Positions 38,278 through 40,855 of a stretch of DNA of 40,855 nucleotides are shown here, one piece after another (position 1 is the stretch's first letter; each line of letters starts with the position of its first letter). The stretch lies in the NCBI GenBank assembly GCA_041288095.1, contig JBGGMJ010000060.1, forward strand, positions 1-40,855, written 5' to 3'. This stretch comes from Myxococcota bacterium (GTDB lineage Bacteria; Myxococcota; XYA12-FULL-58-9; JALHOP01). The notes under the pieces were generated by a model. The model ran no database searches and was not told the DNA's origin. It saw nothing but the letters and a program-made list of their open reading frames with translations. The translations under genes and the position numbers were made by a program.

Positions 38278-38368
38278 CGCGGTGGCTCGTGGATTTGGCG
38301 GGTGCAGCCCTCCTACACCGCCCGTCGGCGCGGTGGCTGAACAACCGTAGCCGCGCGGCGGCCCTCCT
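38278..38368. repeat. Two imperfect direct repeats (CGCGGTGGCT ... GCCCTCCT) in a divergent intergenic region
   Basis: CGCGGTGGCT at 38278 and 38329; GCCCTCCT at 38307 and 38361. Confidence 0.45.
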
Positions 38369-38403
38369 GCGTATGCCTTTGGAAACTCAAGCTCGAGAAG
38401 GCC

Positions 38404-39459
38404 ATGGCGCGTTGCGCGGTTCGCATCGCTCTCGTCACTACTCTGCTGCTCGGCTGCGGCAGCGCTGAGGACGCGCGGCCATACGTCATCTTGCGCGTCG
38501 AGGATCCCAGCAACATCGCCGCGACGGGCGCGGGCGGCGCGCCGGTCCTCGAGCTCAGAGACGCGTCGGGCAACGCCAGCCGCTTCGACGATTTGCCGGG
38601 CGGGTTTCCGCTGACCGTCACTCTCACCTCCGAGCTTCGTGGTCCGCAGCGGGTGACCGTCGAGCTCTACCGGGCCACGGACTTGGTTGGCCGTGGTAGC
38701 GTCACCATCGATGTGCTGGCGCAGAACCAACAGGAAGCCACGGTCACCCTCGATTTGATCTGCGTCGCCGACGGCAACTGTCCGCCGCTCGGCGTTCCTC
38801 CCGAAGAGGATGAGCTGCCGCCGCCGCCCGCGCCGCACGAGCCAGCGTCGGATCCGGATCCGGAGTGCGGCGAGGACTGTCCCCCGGTAGCGACTCCGTG
38901 CACCAGCGGCAAGTCCGGCGCCATCGAGCTCGAGCCGGACGGGACCGCGTGCGGCCGAGACGGCAATAGCGACGGTGTCTGCTATGCCGGAGCGTGCGTG
39001 GACGCCGGAGGCACCCCGGCTTGTGACCAATACCTGAGCCTAGACTTCTTCGGGGAAGGACAGATCCTCGGCGGTGTCGATCACGGAGTCACAGTCAACC
39101 AGCTGAAATTCCCGCAAATCGACGGCGACGGCTACAACCCGCAGTGGGTCGTCGAGGACGACGACATTCGGCCCGGCGACCCCGCCACACCAAGCGCGAC
39201 GGCGTACACGCTCTACGCCGTCGCTCCGTACCAGCTCGCGAGCTTCCGCATTCGCACCCAAGCAGGCACCCGTTGTCAGTTCACGACCGAGCCCGCTGCC
39301 AATGCGAACGTCGTGCGCAATACGTCCTTCGCGACGGTCACCCTGACACGCAATCCCGCGAGCAGCGGTGATCAGAAGGTGCGCTTCGACTTCACCTGTG
39401 AGCCGGGCGGCCTCGCCGGCCTGCGCATCGACGACTTCTGCCTCGTCGATGCCCCGTGA
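38404..39459 (+). CDS. Cys-rich lipoprotein of unknown function
   Basis: Lipobox LLLGC, Pro/Glu linker, Cys-rich module PDGTACG...GVCYAGAC, C-terminal beta-sandwich-like LRIDDFCL. Confidence 0.8.
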   Translation: MARCAVRIALVTTLLLGCGSAEDARPYVILRVEDPSNIAATGAGGAPVLELRDASGNASRFDDLPGGFPLTVTLTSELRGPQRVTVELYRATDLVGRGSVTIDVLAQNQQEATVTLDLICVADGNCPPLGVPPEEDELPPPPAPHEPASDPDPECGEDCPPVATPCTSGKSGAIELEPDGTACGRDGNSDGVCYAGACVDAGGTPACDQYLSLDFFGEGQILGGVDHGVTVNQLKFPQIDGDGYNPQWVVEDDDIRPGDPATPSATAYTLYAVAPYQLASFRIRTQAGTRCQFTTEPAANANVVRNTSFATVTLTRNPASSGDQKVRFDFTCEPGGLAGLRIDDFCLVDAP

Positions 39460-39460
39460 C

Positions 39461-39844
39461 CTACTCCGCCTTCTTGGCGGCTTCGTCGGCGACGATGGCG
39501 TCGAGCTGGCCGAGGATGATCTTGATCCGCTGTTGCAGATACGGGCCGCCCAGCGCTTCGAGCTGATGCCAATCGGCGGCGAACTTCTGCAGCTCGTCCT
39601 TCACCTGCAACCACTGCTTCGAAGCCCGGTTGTTGCTGTGCGACTGCGCCTGCGTGTAGCCGGCGTCGACCTCGTTGATGAGCTCGAGGAGCTCGTCGGC
39701 GTGATGACCGTAAGGCTCTTCCGCCTTGGCGAGGACCGCGGCGGCTTTCTCGCGTGCGACGACAGCCTTCTTGTAGCCAAGGGTCTGTCCCGAGGAAGCG
39801 CAGGCGGCAAGCGCCAGGCACGCAAGTATAGCGTAGCGAGTCAA
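39461..39844 (-). CDS. Small helical lipoprotein
   Basis: MTRYAILACLALAAC lipobox. Start overlaps the upstream stop. Confidence 0.78.
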   Translation of the reverse strand: MTRYAILACLALAACASSGQTLGYKKAVVAREKAAAVLAKAEEPYGHHADELLELINEVDAGYTQAQSHSNNRASKQWLQVKDELQKFAADWHQLEALGGPYLQQRIKIILGQLDAIVADEAAKKAE

Positions 39845-40851
39845 AGTCGGTACTCCACGCCGGCGCCGACGAGTGGTCCGCCATAGCTGTCAGTAGAACG
39901 ACAGGGCCGGCCATCGCCACAGTCGTCGAGGTCGATGATGCCGTCGACGCTACCCCCTCCGGCGCTGAGATCGACGAAGAGTGTGTCCGACGCCCCCGTG
40001 CCGAAGGCGCGAAAGCGGACACCGAGCTCGCCAAACGCGAAACCTTGAGCCGCTCCGCCGGCACCGAAGAGGCTGATTGTCTGGCTAAGGGGCACCTGCA
40101 GACGCGCCACCGTGCCGTTGTAATCGAACTCGTCTGCGATGACGGCGAAGCTATTGCGGATGGTGAGATTCAAGCCGTCCAGCGCTCCGATACGGGCGAG
40201 CTGGGCGATCAAGATTGCCGCGTCCTGGCTCGAGGGAAAGCCGTCGTTGCCGTAGACGAGCTCGCTCAGGGTGGTGACACCGACGCCGAGGCCGAGCGCG
40301 AAGTAGTCGTGATCGTAGGCCACGAAGCCGGTGACGCCCACGTTGCCGACGTTCCGGTCGTTGGTGAGCGCGCCCGCCAGCGGCTCGACCACGAGCCCGA
40401 CCGCGATCGGGCGTTCGAAGTGGTAGGCGGCCGTGGCGTGCGCGATGACGCCCGCGCCGATGGTGCCGAGCGGCAACAGCGGCCTCAGCGTGAGCGCAAG
40501 TGAGCCGACGCCGCCGTGGCGCGCCGGGAACAAGCGGCTGCCGGCCTTCGGCGCGGCTTTGTCCACGACCGCGGTATCGGTGGGCACGCCCGCGGCGCTC
40601 TCGCGAGGTCCAGAGACCACGAGCGAAACGGGCGGACGCTCGAGCGGATAGGCCTCGAGCCGGGTCACCTCGGCCCAAACCTTGCCGCCGCTCGTATGCA
40701 GGCCGCTGACACTCCCCGGCAGCGCCACCAAGCCGAGGACGCGCGGTTCTTCACCCTTCACGTCGATGGCGAGCACGCCCGCCGCGGCGCAGGCCGCATA
40801 GGCGGTATCGTCGAGGACGACGACCGAAGCGGGATCGCACGCCACGTCCAC
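39841..40851 (-). CDS. Hypothetical protein with an LVIVD-like N-terminal repeat and a probable outer-membrane beta-barrel; 5' end uncertain at the window edge
   Basis: AYAACAAAGVLAIDV repeat-like segment, alternating amphipathic strands, C-terminal GAGVEYRL barrel-type terminus. Confidence 0.7.
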   Translation of the reverse strand: MDVACDPASVVVLDDTAYAACAAAGVLAIDVKGEEPRVLGLVALPGSVSGLHTSGGKVWAEVTRLEAYPLERPPVSLVVSGPRESAAGVPTDTAVVDKAAPKAGSRLFPARHGGVGSLALTLRPLLPLGTIGAGVIAHATAAYHFERPIAVGLVVEPLAGALTNDRNVGNVGVTGFVAYDHDYFALGLGVGVTTLSELVYGNDGFPSSQDAAILIAQLARIGALDGLNLTIRNSFAVIADEFDYNGTVARLQVPLSQTISLFGAGGAAQGFAFGELGVRFRAFGTGASDTLFVDLSAGGGSVDGIIDLDDCGDGRPCRSTDSYGGPLVGAGVEYRL

Positions 40852-40855
40852 CTAG

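Noticed and set aside
40852-40855. In-frame TAG immediately upstream of the last ORF (possible pseudogene or recoding)
   Set aside because: It falls in the last 4 nt of the window and cannot be told apart from an edge artefact. TAG is an ordinary stop in many genes here.

Overview
High-GC bacterial DNA. The many lipoproteins, Kelch/cadherin-like surface proteins and orphan genes suggest Myxococcota/deltaproteobacteria, but this is inference only. The window holds about 28 closely packed genes: a class II UvrA-like ATPase, an RND efflux operon (permease, outer-membrane factor, adaptor), a TetR regulator divergent from an HD-fold hydrolase fusion, a large secreted M19/amidohydrolase-fold enzyme, a cadherin-IPT-Kelch lipoprotein, an NAD(P)-binding/lipoprotein/BtpA/DUF885/DUF6635-TPR run, and many orphans. 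I saw no rRNA, tRNA, CRISPR array or mobile element. Best leads: (1) a 123-aa membrane-anchored leader ORF ending in RGPP directly upstream of the RND operon, with an mRNA hairpin pairing the end of the leader to the RND translation-initiation region, as in a ribosome-stalling switch; (2) a shared GCAAC-N15-TCGATA (sigma28-like) promoter motif before two adjacent orphan genes; (3) several orphans without signal peptides carrying cryptic enzyme motifs (H-Y-E-type ADP-ribosyltransferase tip, caspase/gingipain-like His-Cys dyad, HExxH zincin), possibly an effector set. All family calls come from reading motifs by eye; no searches were run.
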